DNA of 63,824 nt, the filler included, from Vezdaea acicularis (Eukaryota): NCBI GenBank assembly GCA_026025075.1. It is 6 parts of 6 records of this genome, joined end to end, with 100 filler letters (N's around TTAATTAATTAA, not from the genome) between each part and the next. Parts side by side here need not be neighbours in the genome. Positions count along the whole stretch, not along the records: positions 12,137 to 23,213 come from JAPEUI010000254.1; positions 23,314 to 34,350 come from JAPEUI010000255.1; 4 more parts are not named here. The stretch is one strand, 5' to 3'. The stretch's first letter is position 1, and every line of letters begins with the position of its first letter. The position numbers and the translations under genes are program-made. The notes beneath the pieces were generated by a model. That model searched no databases, was not told the origin of the DNA, and saw only the letters and a list, made by a program, of their open reading frames with translations. Below are positions 15,593-28,057 of the stretch, in pieces.

Positions 15593-17414
15593 AGGAAGGA
15601 CGGTGAAGTCGAAGCGTCTAGTAAAAGACGCAACGAACGGGGGAGCAGAGGATCGATCGGACTGGTTCGGCCAAGACTATTTCCAAGTCCTGACGTCTCT
15701 CGTCGACTCGAAACTTGCGTGCAGCCCGAGAATGCTGGCGGAGAGGGCGGACGGAGTCGATATCGACACTTTCGTCCTGGACCCTTCGTCTGGTTGGGGG
15801 GATTATTTGGAGCGCGGGCCGGATGAGAACGGACAAAGCAGCGCTCGCTTAAAGGAATGATATCACGAAAACAATGCCAGATGCTTGCGTCGAATCGCAA
15901 AGCTCCTCGTCGCTCTCTCGTTCGAGGGAAGGGACGGAATTGATATGGCAAGAGGCTGGCGGCGGCCTAGAGGGGTGAGGATGAGGATGTTGAGGAAGAG
16001 AAAGAGGAAGAGAAAAGGTCGAGCGTGAGGGTCGGCGAGGAGGGTGTTGAGCTACTTGCCGCCGTTCTCACTGGGCAGCGCCGTCATGCCCTGTTAGCGG
16101 AGGATGGGGCGACTTTCGCGAGTCGCTCTCGCATGCTCTACCGATTTTCGGCCGGCAGAAAAAGCTGCGAGCGGCGGGCGCAGCGCCGGCCAGGGAGGGT
16201 CGGAGAGGGAGGGTGTGGGCGGAGGGTGGGAGGGGTGGGAGAGTGGGAGGGCGGCGGTGGTGGGATGGGGCCTGCGCGGCCGGATTGGACGGGATTGGAC
16301 GGATGGACGGATTGGACGGCGCCGGCGGATGAGACGCCGCTTGTCAACAATGCTGGAGCTGCCGTATTAGCCACGGGCCTGAGGCCTTGCGCAGCAAAGA
16401 GAACGGCCGAAACGAGGGCTACTGCGCGACCCATCCGCCGAGTTGAGGATGAAGGAGATTGAGGGGCAGCGGACAGGCAGCGTTGAGGGACGAGCGATGC
16501 ATCTCCCGATGTCGTCCCCAGCGTCTATCTCGTCGTCTGCAGGGAGGGCCGACACAGGGACCGGCGGAGGGGGACCAGGGTCTCATCCAACAATTCCCCC
16601 CTCCGCTGCCTTGGCAGAACCCTCCCTCCGCCACCGACGACATCCGCCAATTTTTGATTCAGCCGCCACGACGCATCTTGGAGCACGACGACTGGCGCGG
16701 GACTATTCGATTGTCAATGGGACTCGTGTGCAGCACGATGTTATACAGCAATGCAGGCGGCCGGTCGAGAAGCCTGCGAGCGAAACAAATCCACGGCGGC
16801 GGTGGTGGTGCGGCGGAAGATTAGCCGCAGGAAGGTGGCAGCTTGTTGAGAAAAGGCCGCCGCAGTAGCGCGAGCGAAGGGGGCCGGCACCAAGTCCGTA
16901 TCTCGCCGTCGCTGCCGCGCCCTCGCCCTCGTCCTCCCGAAACGCTCCACCGTTGCGGCCGGCACCAGAAACCCTGCCCGCGGGAGATTGCGGCCACGGC
17001 CTGGTGTGTTGTGAGCGCGGCGGGCGTTGTCAATGGCATCAAAACAATCCGGGCCATGCGGGCATGGGCATTCACCGTGTCTATCGTCGGCGTCAGTAAT
17101 CCCCATCCCGCGGACGCTTTGGTCGCATCGTGGGGGACGGCACGACGGCCGCTTCATGCCAAGAGGATGACGATATCATGTCGACATTCAGCCTCTACCG
17201 CTCTTTGCTTCTCCCTCCGCCCGGAATCGCCAGATCGGTGACTATTTGAAGGGCACAAAGAACAAAAACCAATGCGATAGTCTCCATGCAGTACATTAGC
17301 AGATCGTGCTCGAGTTTCAAGATACGGCCGTGCTTTGTCTTGACGTTTGACATCTTCGCGGGACGAGACAAGCGCCGCGCCAAACATGAAGTTAATGATA
17401 CGGTAGTCCCATTG

Positions 17415-17448
17415 CTAGCTGTCTCTAGCTGTCTCTAGCTGTCTCTAG
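17415..17448. repeat. Short tandem repeat (CTAGCTGTCT)x3.4
   Basis: Read directly from the sequence. Confidence 0.9.
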
Positions 17449-20400
17449 AAGTGTTCCGTCGAGTAGCGGTCGTACTCGGCGCTCGAGCCCTCATCACCAA
17501 GCTTCATCCTGTTGTTCGCATCACATTCACAAGCGCGAGGATGCAGAGGCTACTGATATGCATTACTCGTGAGGGCGGGACAGGAGGCTGCTTACGGATG
17601 CATAATTGGTCGAGCGCCGTCTCATTCTCGATATCGAGCGATCGAAAAGTGCATGTCGGCAGAAAGGCGGTGGGCGAGCGGCGCCCAGTCCGTGCACGTC
17701 GTGCCGACCCCGGATCCGCCACGTCCTGCCGCTGGGCCAATCTCGCGTCGTCGCAGCCCACGCCGCCTTCGTCGCGAAGACGCAAGTCATCACCTCGAAC
17801 GATCCACGACCGCTCAGAGAAGCCCAACGGGGACCGCCTATCAGCGATGTGACGACGCTACTGGAGATGGAGGGGCGCCATGCCGCCGAGGAGAACAATA
17901 TTCTGATGTGCGAACAATACATTCACATTCACTTGAGGCTGGAAAACCCCCCAACAGCTTTACAAGATTTTGCCTCGAGGCCGATCGAGGCCGATCGATG
18001 GTCTTGACGGGCGGGGTGGCAGGCGCCATTATTAACAGAGTCGGCAAGGTCGGGGGAGGAGAGCAATTAGTCCCGGCCGTGCCCTTCCATTCTGAGCCAC
18101 CGACCCACATCGGACGGGCTGTTTCGCGGTCGTGGTGGGGCAGGAGGGAATTGGCGCAAAACGTTGGGGGAGGATGGTGGAGGCGATCGACGCTACGTGC
18201 AACCCTAACGCACTCCGGATTTCCATCAACAATGCACGTCAAAAAAGGCTTCCTCTTGGCTCGACCGACGGCTCCACTCGAACGCCGGGCTCGAAGCGAT
18301 GGCGGGGTTCGTCGTCGAGCTTCTCGATGGACGATGAGAGCGGGCATGGACGGGCCAATTGGCTCGCGGGCCGTCGAAAGAAACTTGGGGTCAATTCTCC
18401 ACCATGGCGGCGAGAAGCACGGCGAAGGCAACATCCCAGGGCGCCGAACGAGAGCCGGGATCGAGAAAATTCTGACAGGCTCTAGAAGATCGCACCGTGG
18501 TAAGGTCGAGATATCAACAGCATGGCGAGAGAACTCCCCCGTGGCTCGGGATTCATCCCAGTCGATAAGCATTGCGACGCGCTGGATGCTCGAGCTGTCA
18601 ATCGACCGTTTCCACCGAGGGTCGTCCGCTCATCTGGCGCAAAACGCTGATGCAGCGCGGCTATCTTCGGCGTGAGAGACTGTATCGTTCTTATACGAGT
18701 TTTCCCTGCATCACGGAGAAGTGGAAGCTTTCATTCAGCAACGTCAACTGTCCTCGCTATGCTCTGCGACCGAATACCCCATGCTCCGACCTCCCCTGCC
18801 CCCTCACGAACACACGGGATCTCACTTTCGTGCAGTATGGCTAATCTGACAGGGAGCAGCGACGCGCAATATTATATCACGGCCGCATCGAAGCCATCGA
18901 GCGGATATCTCTCGAGATGGGGAGGGTTTGGAGCATGCTTTCTGATACGACGAGCGGACCAATGGCGGGCCGGAAGCTGGACCGTGCATCGGCGGAGCAT
19001 TGCGGCTGCATGTGTCAGAGAGGCTCGAGGACCCTGATTTTCCCACCGCGACCCCTCCTGCCCCTCCCATGGCGAGCGCGGGCCAGGAGTGGTCGAGTAC
19101 GCGACTCTCGCCGTCCTCGCTACTATGAAACATGGCCAATCAGCGCACCCTTCACCGCCTATCTCCGTGTGGAAAAGACGGGCAGAATCTCGGAATCCTC
19201 CGCGCGACCCCCTCCATCCGTCCCCCCATCGCGCTTTGATAAGAACGTGAGGGTGAAACTCAAAGACGCCGCCGTCTGCAGGTTCGCTTGGCGCAAGAAC
19301 GTCGATGCAGACGCAAGCATGTGATCGTCGAGCCCAGGAAGGCGCGAAGGCAGTATGGTGGCTCTTGCCCCACCAAGCTCTCCCTCTCTCCCATTACGGG
19401 GCGTACAACAGCCGTGGATAGCAACAGCAGCACCCCGTCCCCGCACCCTACCGTCCCATCGTCCACCACGTTATCGGGCAACCTTGAATCGTATTTCCCC
19501 AGCCCTTTTTCGATGTTCGATCAGCGCTGGTGCAACAGGGGACCGGCGACGCCTCTAGTGGCCAATCAACCAGGCCACTCGCGGCTCGTGCAGATGACGG
19601 CTGCGGCGCTGCGCAATCCCTTATCAGTTCGCTCACCCTCCTCGCGGCCGCGAAACGAACCGACCGACCAACCGACCGACCGACCGATATCGCCATCGCG
19701 TCCGGCTGAAGAGGGAAAGGGCGGTCTCGCTTCTGGCCCTGATTTCAAAGGGCAAGTGCGGGTAGTGTGTCACTTTTCAGCCCCATTTGGGAGGTGGGAG
19801 GCATGTGAATCCTGTTGCGTGAGGGCACGGGATGACGTGAAGGGACGCCTCCACAAAGACGCCTCCTCTGTCTATGATTTATGGGTGGATAGGGCGATGT
19901 GGAGTGGTTCGTGGTGTAGGAGCCAATATCACACACACTCTCGGTCGTCGGCTTGCAGCTCACTTTCGCCGCGACGAGGCCTTCGTGAGATTCGGCTGCC
20001 TTGCTTTCTCGATCACCAATCCTCCAGGGACCACCCTCTTTGAGGAGGGGGGAAGACATCGCATGGCGAGCTTAGCGATCGACGACGCGCAATCTAAGGG
20101 TCTGAACACCATCTTCTGCGTCCGCCGCCGCTGCTCGCAGAGGCGGCAGCTAAAAAGGTCAAAAAGTGTAAGGTGAGCAATCTCGATCTGTCGTTACGAG
20201 CAAAAGAACGTCGCTTCTCGCCGCCCGCGTTCACAATACTAGATGGAGCAGTGGCGCATCAGACAGAGTTTCTCCTCGGCCGCCGGTGTCATCAGCGGCG
20301 TGAATCACACCATCTCTCGCACGCCTCCACTAAGCTCGCATGGGTGGTATTGGTTGGTCGTGTCGTCGAACCGAGGGCGCCGCAAGATTGCCATGCGTTC

Positions 20401-21981
20401 AGGGTCTAACGCCCACGGGAAAAGATACTTTTCGTCTCCACCATCAGCCCTTCGGCTCGCGATCGATAATTTGGCGCACGTCAAGTTTCTTGGAGGATGG
20501 AGTTCCCCGCCTCATCTACGTACGTGCACCCTTGTGGATAATCTCTCCACATTTATCCTCGTTGTGGCGAGGGAGAGACGCGTATTGCGGAGAGACTTGG
20601 GGTTAATATCCCTTGCTGTCCCATAACGTACAACGACCTCAGCACCAAAGGAGAGATCGAGCTATCTATCTGTGTACCTCCTCAAACACCACCACCACCA
20701 CACCCAGACAATGTTCAAAACTCCCTCAAAGCTGCATCAACACAAGCGAAACCGTCCCTCACCCGCCTCGATCGCACTAACTCCGCACCCTTCAGGACCT
20801 TATCGGTCCCGCAACCAGCGGACTTGCCTCCTCATTATGCAAGCCAGAAGCCGATGAAAGCTTTGACGGAGCACTTTCGACGATCTTTGTACGACCGTTC
20901 CGGCGCCTCCTCCGGTCTATTGGGTTTTGGACATATTCCTCTTTTTCCATTTACCGCCGCAATCCACCCCCACAAAACCCCCTCCCGTTTGGTGGGTTGG
21001 ATCCAGACGTGGACGTAATTCTCCGCTCGAGCTCGTCGGTAGGATCATGCTTGTGTGGGGATAAGGTTGTTTACATGCCTTTCCCCTCCCTCTTTTCCTA
21101 CTCCCCCCTCCCCTCTTCTTGCCTTCGCATACGGCTTCGCATACGGGCTCCAGAAAGAACGAATGAAAGAAGGATTTATGCCTCCTGAAGGCCTGCCAAC
21201 CAATCGACCCGGCTCGGCCCCGACCCGGCCCCGCAGCCATTCCTCCCGCCGCCATCTCCCGTTGTGAGGGAAGCTCCGTCAGGGTCCAGGCTCGGTCCGT
21301 CCGTCTGTCTGTCACAGCGGTCATCGCAATATATCAATTATGTCAGGTCTTCCGTTACCTATCCATCTATCCCTCGCTCGCTCCTTGGTCACAAGGGGAT
21401 GTCGCTATATGGGATGTGCGTACGAGTAGGAAGGGCTTGCTGGTTAAGCTGAGTTTAGAACTACCACTTCTCTCTTTTTGGGAAAGCTCCTCTTTGCAGG
21501 GTCTGTAAGCTATGCTGTCTCCGCATGCAAACGACCTGTCCGTCGCCCCTTTCTTCTCGTCCTTCTCTTCAATGACAACAAAGAACATATCCCTTCCGTT
21601 ACACCCCTTTTGTGCCCGTGCCGAGACCCTGCTGCTGCTGTAATCAGCATGATAATAAGGTATAAGACGGGGTTTGGGTCTTGCTCACCCGCATGCTCGT
21701 GTCCTTGGGTGTTCGGTCGTAGGATGTAGCGTTATGGGATCTAGTCATGTCTGGTATGAGATCAGGCTCGAATACAAGTGATACGCCCCAGCCTGACCCC
21801 GTCTGGCTGTGAGGCTGAGAACGGAGGAGTCTGGGACAGTGATTCTTATCTACCATCTCTCCCCCTTATCCTCCAAAACGACTGCGTTGCGTGATAACCC
21901 CCCCGAGAAACTCAGGGGCTCGTTCAGTACTTGCTTCTGACACTCGAATATTATTTGCTCATTTGGTGTAGTTGAAATAGA

Positions 21982-22020
21982 ATTCATTCATTCATTCATA
22001 CATGAATACATACATACATA
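21982..22020. repeat. (ATTC)n/(ATAC)n microsatellite downstream of the SMC3 stop
   Basis: attcattcattcattcatacatgaatacatacatacata. Confidence 0.85.
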
Positions 22021-22149
22021 CGCGTGGAACCTGCAACCGCTTGATCGTCCATGGCTCCATATGATACAGACCCGCACGCCCCTCTCCCTCCCTTTCCCAG
22101 CCTCCCCCTCCCCCTTGCCCCCCTCCCCTGTTTCTCCCCTCAGCCCCCA

Positions 22150-23213
22150 TCAAGGCTTCTGCCCCTCGACCACAAACTCCACCGCCTCCTCCCTGGTCAC
22201 CACATCAATACTCGAACTCTTATTGCGATACATAACGCCATAACACTTATCCGCGACGCGCAGCATCTCCGGGCGGAAAGTGGTACAGATGAACTGGCCG
22301 TTCAAGCCGTGGGTCTGCTGGCGGCTGATGTTCGAGAGCATCTGGGCGACGGCGGTGCGGTACTGGGCGTCGAGGTTGGCGTCGATTTCGTCGAAGAGGT
22401 AGAAGGGCGCGGGATCGCATTGCTGGATCGCGAAGACTAGGGAGAGTGCGCAGAGGCCTGTTTTGCATGTGCGTGAGTCAGTGGGTTGGGGGGCTGGCTG
22501 GTAGGGAGAGAGGGAAAGGGGGGAGGGAGGGAAAGGGGGGGACGTACTTTTCTGGCCACCGCTGAGTTGCTGGATGCGCTGCTGCTCGTCGTGTTTGCTG
22601 TTGAAACTGACGCTGATGCCGACGCCGGTATAATTCTCGACAGCAGCGTTGGCGCGGCGCTCGTCCTCCTCGCTATCGTCCTCCTCCTCGTCGTCGAGGC
22701 GCTCGACCCGATCCGCCTTGCGCTGAATGATCAAGCGGCCGCGACCAGCGGGGACGAGGTTCTCGAAGACATTCGCAAACTCACGACTCACCTGCTTGAA
22801 GGTGCGTTCGATAGCCTCGTCCTTGCGCTGATCCAGGACCTCGATGAGCTCTTCGATGCTGGCGCGACTCTGATCGAGCTCCTGGCGGCGCCGCGTGAGC
22901 GTCTCCTTCTGCTTTGTGAAATTGGCGTATTGCTCGAAGGCTTTCTTGTTCACGTGACTGTACTTCTTGAGGGCTTCGTGCACTTTCTTGAGTTTCTTCT
23001 CGATGGCCTCGCTTTTCGTCCGCTCGAAGCGCGCGAAGGCTTCTTCGGGGAGGACGCCCAGGTCGCGGATGTCGCGGCTGTTGGCGACTTGGCGCTCGGA
23101 GAGCAGGGCGCGGCGGCCCATGCTCTTCTCCATGCGCTTCTGGTGCCGCTCGATGGCCGCCGCGATGCCCTCCTGAGCGCGTAGGAGCTCCGCTTTGGCG
23201 CTGTGCAGCTCGG
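22150..23213 (-). CDS. SMC3: Cohesin subunit SMC3, 3' portion (on inverted contig)
   Basis: YSHVNKKAFEQY, signature LSGGQKS, Walker B/D-loop PAPFYLFDEIDANLD, QFICTTFRPE. In-frame 90-nt intron 22547-22458. Overlaps the 5' portion by 127 bp. Confidence 0.97.
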
Positions 23214-23313
23214 NNNNNNNNNNNNNNNNNNNNNNNNNNNNNNNNNNNNNNNNNNNNTTAATTAATTAANNNNNNNNNNNNNNNNNNNNNNNNNNNNNNN
23301 NNNNNNNNNNNNN
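23214..23313. other. Artificial contig linker
   Basis: 44N-TTAATTAATTAA-44N. Confidence 0.99.
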
Positions 23314-26300
23314 GGGGCGATCACGAAGGACGCTGGCCGTGTGGGAAGGGCGGTCGTGCAGGAGCCGCCGGCGAGGTTGGGTCCGAGCCGTGCTGGAGAG
23401 CAGCCGCCGTTTGCGTGCGGGGGCGTGTGGCCGGGCGAAAGGGGAGTTTCGATGATGCGCGATTGTGGGTTCGGTGATGATGAAGAGGGTGGAGGAGCTG
23501 TTGGGTGGTTATTTTTCTCTCGGGCCCCACGACGATCGGGATCGGAAGGCAGACGGAAGGGAGCGATGAAGCGACGAGCGGCCGTTGGGCTAGAGGAGAG
23601 ATGGGACCGGTTCGAAGATTGGCAGAGCGAAGGATGATGGGCAAGAGGCAGAGGCAGAGAGCAGAGGCCGAGAAGTCGTGGGCAGATCGTTTTTGTGGAG
23701 GGACCCGCCTAAGCGTCCGTGACAGGTGAGCTCACCCTCTCACCCTTCTCTCGCTGTCCAGGCCGAGCCCGCGCCCGCGCCAGATCCAGCAGCCGGCGAG
23801 CAAGAGCGTGCAAGCGTGCAAGCGCGCGTCGCTTAATGGGTCGCGGGCATGGGACTGGGGGCGTCGGATCTCGAAGGGTCTAGCGATGCAGGCAGATAGA
23901 GACGGCCACTGCAGCCCATCAATAGCTGGACGCACCGGGAGCGACTTCATTATCAATTCGGCGTGAAGGGTGCTGGTGCGCGCTGCCATCATCCCCTCCG
24001 TTCCCCCCCGCGCGCCGGCGTCAAGTAGGAGGAGAGAGTGAGAGCGAGAGAGGGAGAGAGAGGAGCAGTCCTCCGTCCACACACGCCGAGGGACGCCCCC
24101 AGCGCGCGACTAACGTGCGTGCTGAGGCATCTTTCCCCCCCCCCGTTCCTCCCGCCATGGCCGCTATTCCCTCTGGCGGACCAAACATCGTGGCCCGGAC
24201 GGGGGAAGCAGAGGATGGGGAATTCGAGCGTGGATTCAGAGTTCAGCATCAGCATTGGGGGGAATTGGGGATTCTTTCTCACGCTTGAGCTACTCGGTGG
24301 TGCTTGCTCGCGATGATGCGGGCCCCTCCTCCGCCCCTCCGCACGCCTCTCCAGCGGGCAATTGGTTAGGCGCACGCACTGCTGCATCGCGACGGCGGAT
24401 TATCACACGGAGGCGGGCGGGACGTGGCCAACCAGCGGGGGGGGGGGCGCGCGCGGCGAAAAGCCCTAGGGCTTTAGGGGAGAAGGGAACACGCCCGCCG
24501 TGCTGCAGACGGCCACAACGGCCACATCTGCCACCGGATAGATTGATAGATGCGGACGACAAAGCGGATGGAGGCGATCGGCGGCTGTCGCCAGCGGGAA
24601 ACATGCGTCATATCAGAGCACCAGCAGCAGCAGCGAGCGGCCTTTTTGGGGTTGGGGGAGCAAGTCGGCCGGCATCTGTGCCCCTCCTCTCGGCCCTCCT
24701 CTCCCACCGCCGTTGCGGTCGATGGATTTCGCGTCCGGGCCGCCGTCACGCCCTCGCGCGCCCTGCAGATACCGGAACACCCCCCCCATGCCAACGAGGC
24801 AATTGAGAGCCCAAGCGGAACTGCTGCCCGCAACGCGTGTGTCTCTCTCTCTCCATCTACCAGGTTTCCATCCGCGCCGTAACCGGGGAGGGGGCACGAC
24901 AGGGCGTGGACACGAGGCAAGAAACACCCAAAAGTCAAAAAAAGAAGTTATTGAGAGGAAGGGGATTCGAACTGTGAGATAATTATTAGTATGTGAGGTG
25001 GAAGTGCGCGAAGTGGGTGGGAGATAGAACTCACCCCCTGCAGGTTTCCCTATGAGAAAGCACACTCGTCTAGGACGAGAAAGAATCGGGATTCTTGAGC
25101 CACACGCCATAACCACTCGGCCATCCTCCCTGGAATTGAAAATCGCGCCTTAAATCAAAATATGACCCTCAACTCTGCGGCACAGTCAAACTTTGCCTAG
25201 ACAATATCCGATAACACAATAATACGATATTCGTAGGATGATGATGTGTTTTTGGTCGCCGATTTCCACGATATCCACCGGAAGACGATGGTTTTTCGGA
25301 ATAAATGATCTCGTCTTGACGGGGTTTGACTGTGTACCCCCGATTTTATCTGTACTGTGGCTTCACCGGGGCTTGTCTCACGACGTTATCGCGGAGCACG
25401 ACACGGAAGTGGCGGCGAAAAGTCCGAAGTGGAGGGGAGTGAAGGAGAAAATCAGCTACTGCACGTGCCGTGCTGGGGGATGGACGACACAATGCAACGC
25501 GTCAAGTGTGATGGGACTTGGGACTCGACTTCTCCTTCCATCATTTCGCGTCCAATCAATCGCGCCGACCAACTAAGGAGGTTATGGTAGCACCGCGAAG
25601 CCAAAAAAGCGACGGGGGGCATGGGTCCCCTCTGAGATTGCACCCGCTCACCTCGACCCTGCATCTGGTCGGGGCGTTGTCTCATCTTCAAAAATTGCCC
25701 GACGGCGGCCGCGCTCATTGGCCAGCTTTTTCTCGGGATTTCTCTCGTTCGGGGCGCGGGTTTCGGGAAAAAAGGAGGTGCCAGTGCGTGGAATTGGCGA
25801 TCGTCAGCCAACTGACGCGGATGCATTTCTCGTGATACTACACTTCCCCGACTGCCGTCGCAGCGTCGGACGTTGCTGGCCTCTGCTTGCTTGCCGTTGA
25901 ACTCTCTGTTCGCGCCTGCTCTCTCTCTCTCTCTCCATCGGACGGAGTGTCTCTGTGCGGTCTCGTTGTCTCTTGACCCTTCTTGTGAGTTGGGGGAGGG
26001 ATCAGCGCTGTCTGCGCTCCCCGGACGGGCAATCGGTGCCTGGCTCTGCATGCGCAGTTCCAACTCTATTCCCTTTTCTCCGCACCGCACCGCGCGCCGC
26101 ACCCTTTCATGGACGGCCATGTCATCAACTCATCGCACGTCACACGGCGGAGAGGGGGGCAGTCCTCATTTAAAGGGTGGCTATGCGCACGAAAAGAGCG
26201 TGGTGCAGCACCGCGCAAATTGTCGGTCCTTGTGCGACGGCCCTCCCATCTCCCATCGCTTTTCTGGCAACGTGAGAGGCCGCTTAGCGAGTTTGACGAT

Positions 26301-27630
26301 AGGCGTGCCCGGGTCGGCGGCGCCCCCCCCCCACCTCCAAGCAGCCCCCGGAGCCAATTATGCTTTGTCGGCACGGCTCTCGTCCAGGCTCTCGCGCCCC
26401 GGATCGCCGCGCTCATTGGCCGAGCCCGCCCGAAGCGAGAAGCTCGCTTGGGCGCTGCATCCGTGGTTGACGGGGGGGGAACCCGACCGCCCACCAATGC
26501 GTCGTCCGCTGGCCCCCCCAATCCCCTCCGCCCTCGCTGTCCCCTTCTCGTCTGCGTTGCCCGATCGAGTTGGTGCTGCGGCGGCGTTCCTGGACCGCGA
26601 TGGGCGACGCAGCACGCAGAACGCAGCATGGGATGGGGATTGGGAGGGGAGGAGAAGGGAGGGGGGTGGAGGAGGGAAAGGTGGACGGGGGGTTTTTTTT
26701 GCTTTCTCGCTGGGTTGCGGTAGTTGGCCTGCACATCGCGCTGCTGCTGGACTGGACTTTGCTTCATCTATTCGCCAAGAGCCGGCCCTGGTTCGAAGAC
26801 GCCCCCGTCGTGACATCCAGCGGTCGAAAAGCAGCCAGCACGCTCCCGTTCCTTTTTCACGATCTCCCCCGCGTCCGTCCTTCTGTGCCTACCCGTGAGA
26901 TCCTCCGGACGACGACGACGAACCACCTCGCTCGAGTCAGGAACATCTCCTCGCTCCGGCCCTGAAGGTTATCTCGACTGTCGACCGACCGATTGACGCC
27001 GCGTCGAGGACAGTTGAAGGACGCATCGCGGTTCCGTGACCTCGCGCGACATCCTGGTCCATCTGTCTATCCTCCTTTTCGCGATTTCTTTTCCAACGCG
27101 CATCCCTGGTGGATGGCCACAGGCAAGAGCCTTGTAAGACCGTAGACGCAGCCGCCGTTGCTTTTCCAAGGTACGCACCGCTGAATAAAGGCATCGGCCA
27201 TCCCCTGCAAACGTCGTGATACTTCCCAACCGTCGATCGGGGGCGGAGACTGTCTCGCGCGCCATTGACTTGGGGAACTCCCTGCTGACGTCGCGGTGCA
27301 GCCGATTCACCCTCGAAACGACCCAGCTTCCGTCCGATTGCCTCACGAGATTGCAATTGGCGATCATCACGAGGCAGATCACGAGCCAGACGTCTCGACC
27401 GCTGGTTTTTGTTGTCAACTAGTGCCCCGAAACCTACCAAGGGACGAGCCGTATCATCTTCCATCGACCTTCACCTTTTCTCTCTCCCCCCCTCGCAGAC
27501 TTCTTCGAACCTTCCCCGCAGGACCCGACCGTCTAGAATTCTTCAGCATCGGAACGACCGCGAGGCGATGGATCGTGGCCGTGGCTGGTAGAGTGGTACA
27601 TTGCATCAGCATCTGGATTGGGATCTCACC

Positions 27631-28046
27631 GTAAGTGGGTTTTTTTGCGGGGGTGAACCTTGATGCACGGATCCTCTCGCTGCACCGTGCACCACGAGGG
27701 AGCCTGCGCGTCGTGCATGCATCCAGACACACAGACACCAGCGGAACGCATCGCTAATCGCAAGTCTACGGCGATAGTTTTCATCACGGGTTTCAGGAAA
27801 AAAAAAGTTGCTTCTCTCGACGTCCGCAAAAAGTTGTCAATTCGAACGTTCAGCGTGTTGGCCAGCTTTGGCGCCTTCCCCCCCCTCACTAGTCAATAGT
27901 CGATAGTAGAGGTTCCCTTTCATAACGACCAGTACCTTTGCTTGGTTACGCTTGGTTCTTTCATGTCTAAGTAATAGGTCACTATCTCCCGATTGATTTT
28001 TCTCCGTCTGCCTGGAGAAGATGTACCGAACTAACATGAAACGCAG
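27631..28046 (+). other. Probable 416-nt 5'UTR intron of the PH-domain gene
   Basis: GTAAGT at 27631, CTAAC at 28031-28035, CAG ending at 28046, 11 nt before the ATG at 28058. The acceptor is more certain than the donor. Confidence 0.5.
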
Positions 28047-28057
28047 TCCGAGCTCCA

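Noticed and set aside
16025..21856. Many 100-370 aa ORFs on both strands (e.g. 17569-18675, 19288-20043)
   Set aside because: Arg/Pro/Gly-rich, overlapping in all frames, with no domains or codon periodicity; expected in GC-rich non-coding DNA.
23321..27899. Long ORFs such as 25873-26898 and 26066-26767
   Set aside because: Same stop-codon depletion artefact; no recognisable protein.
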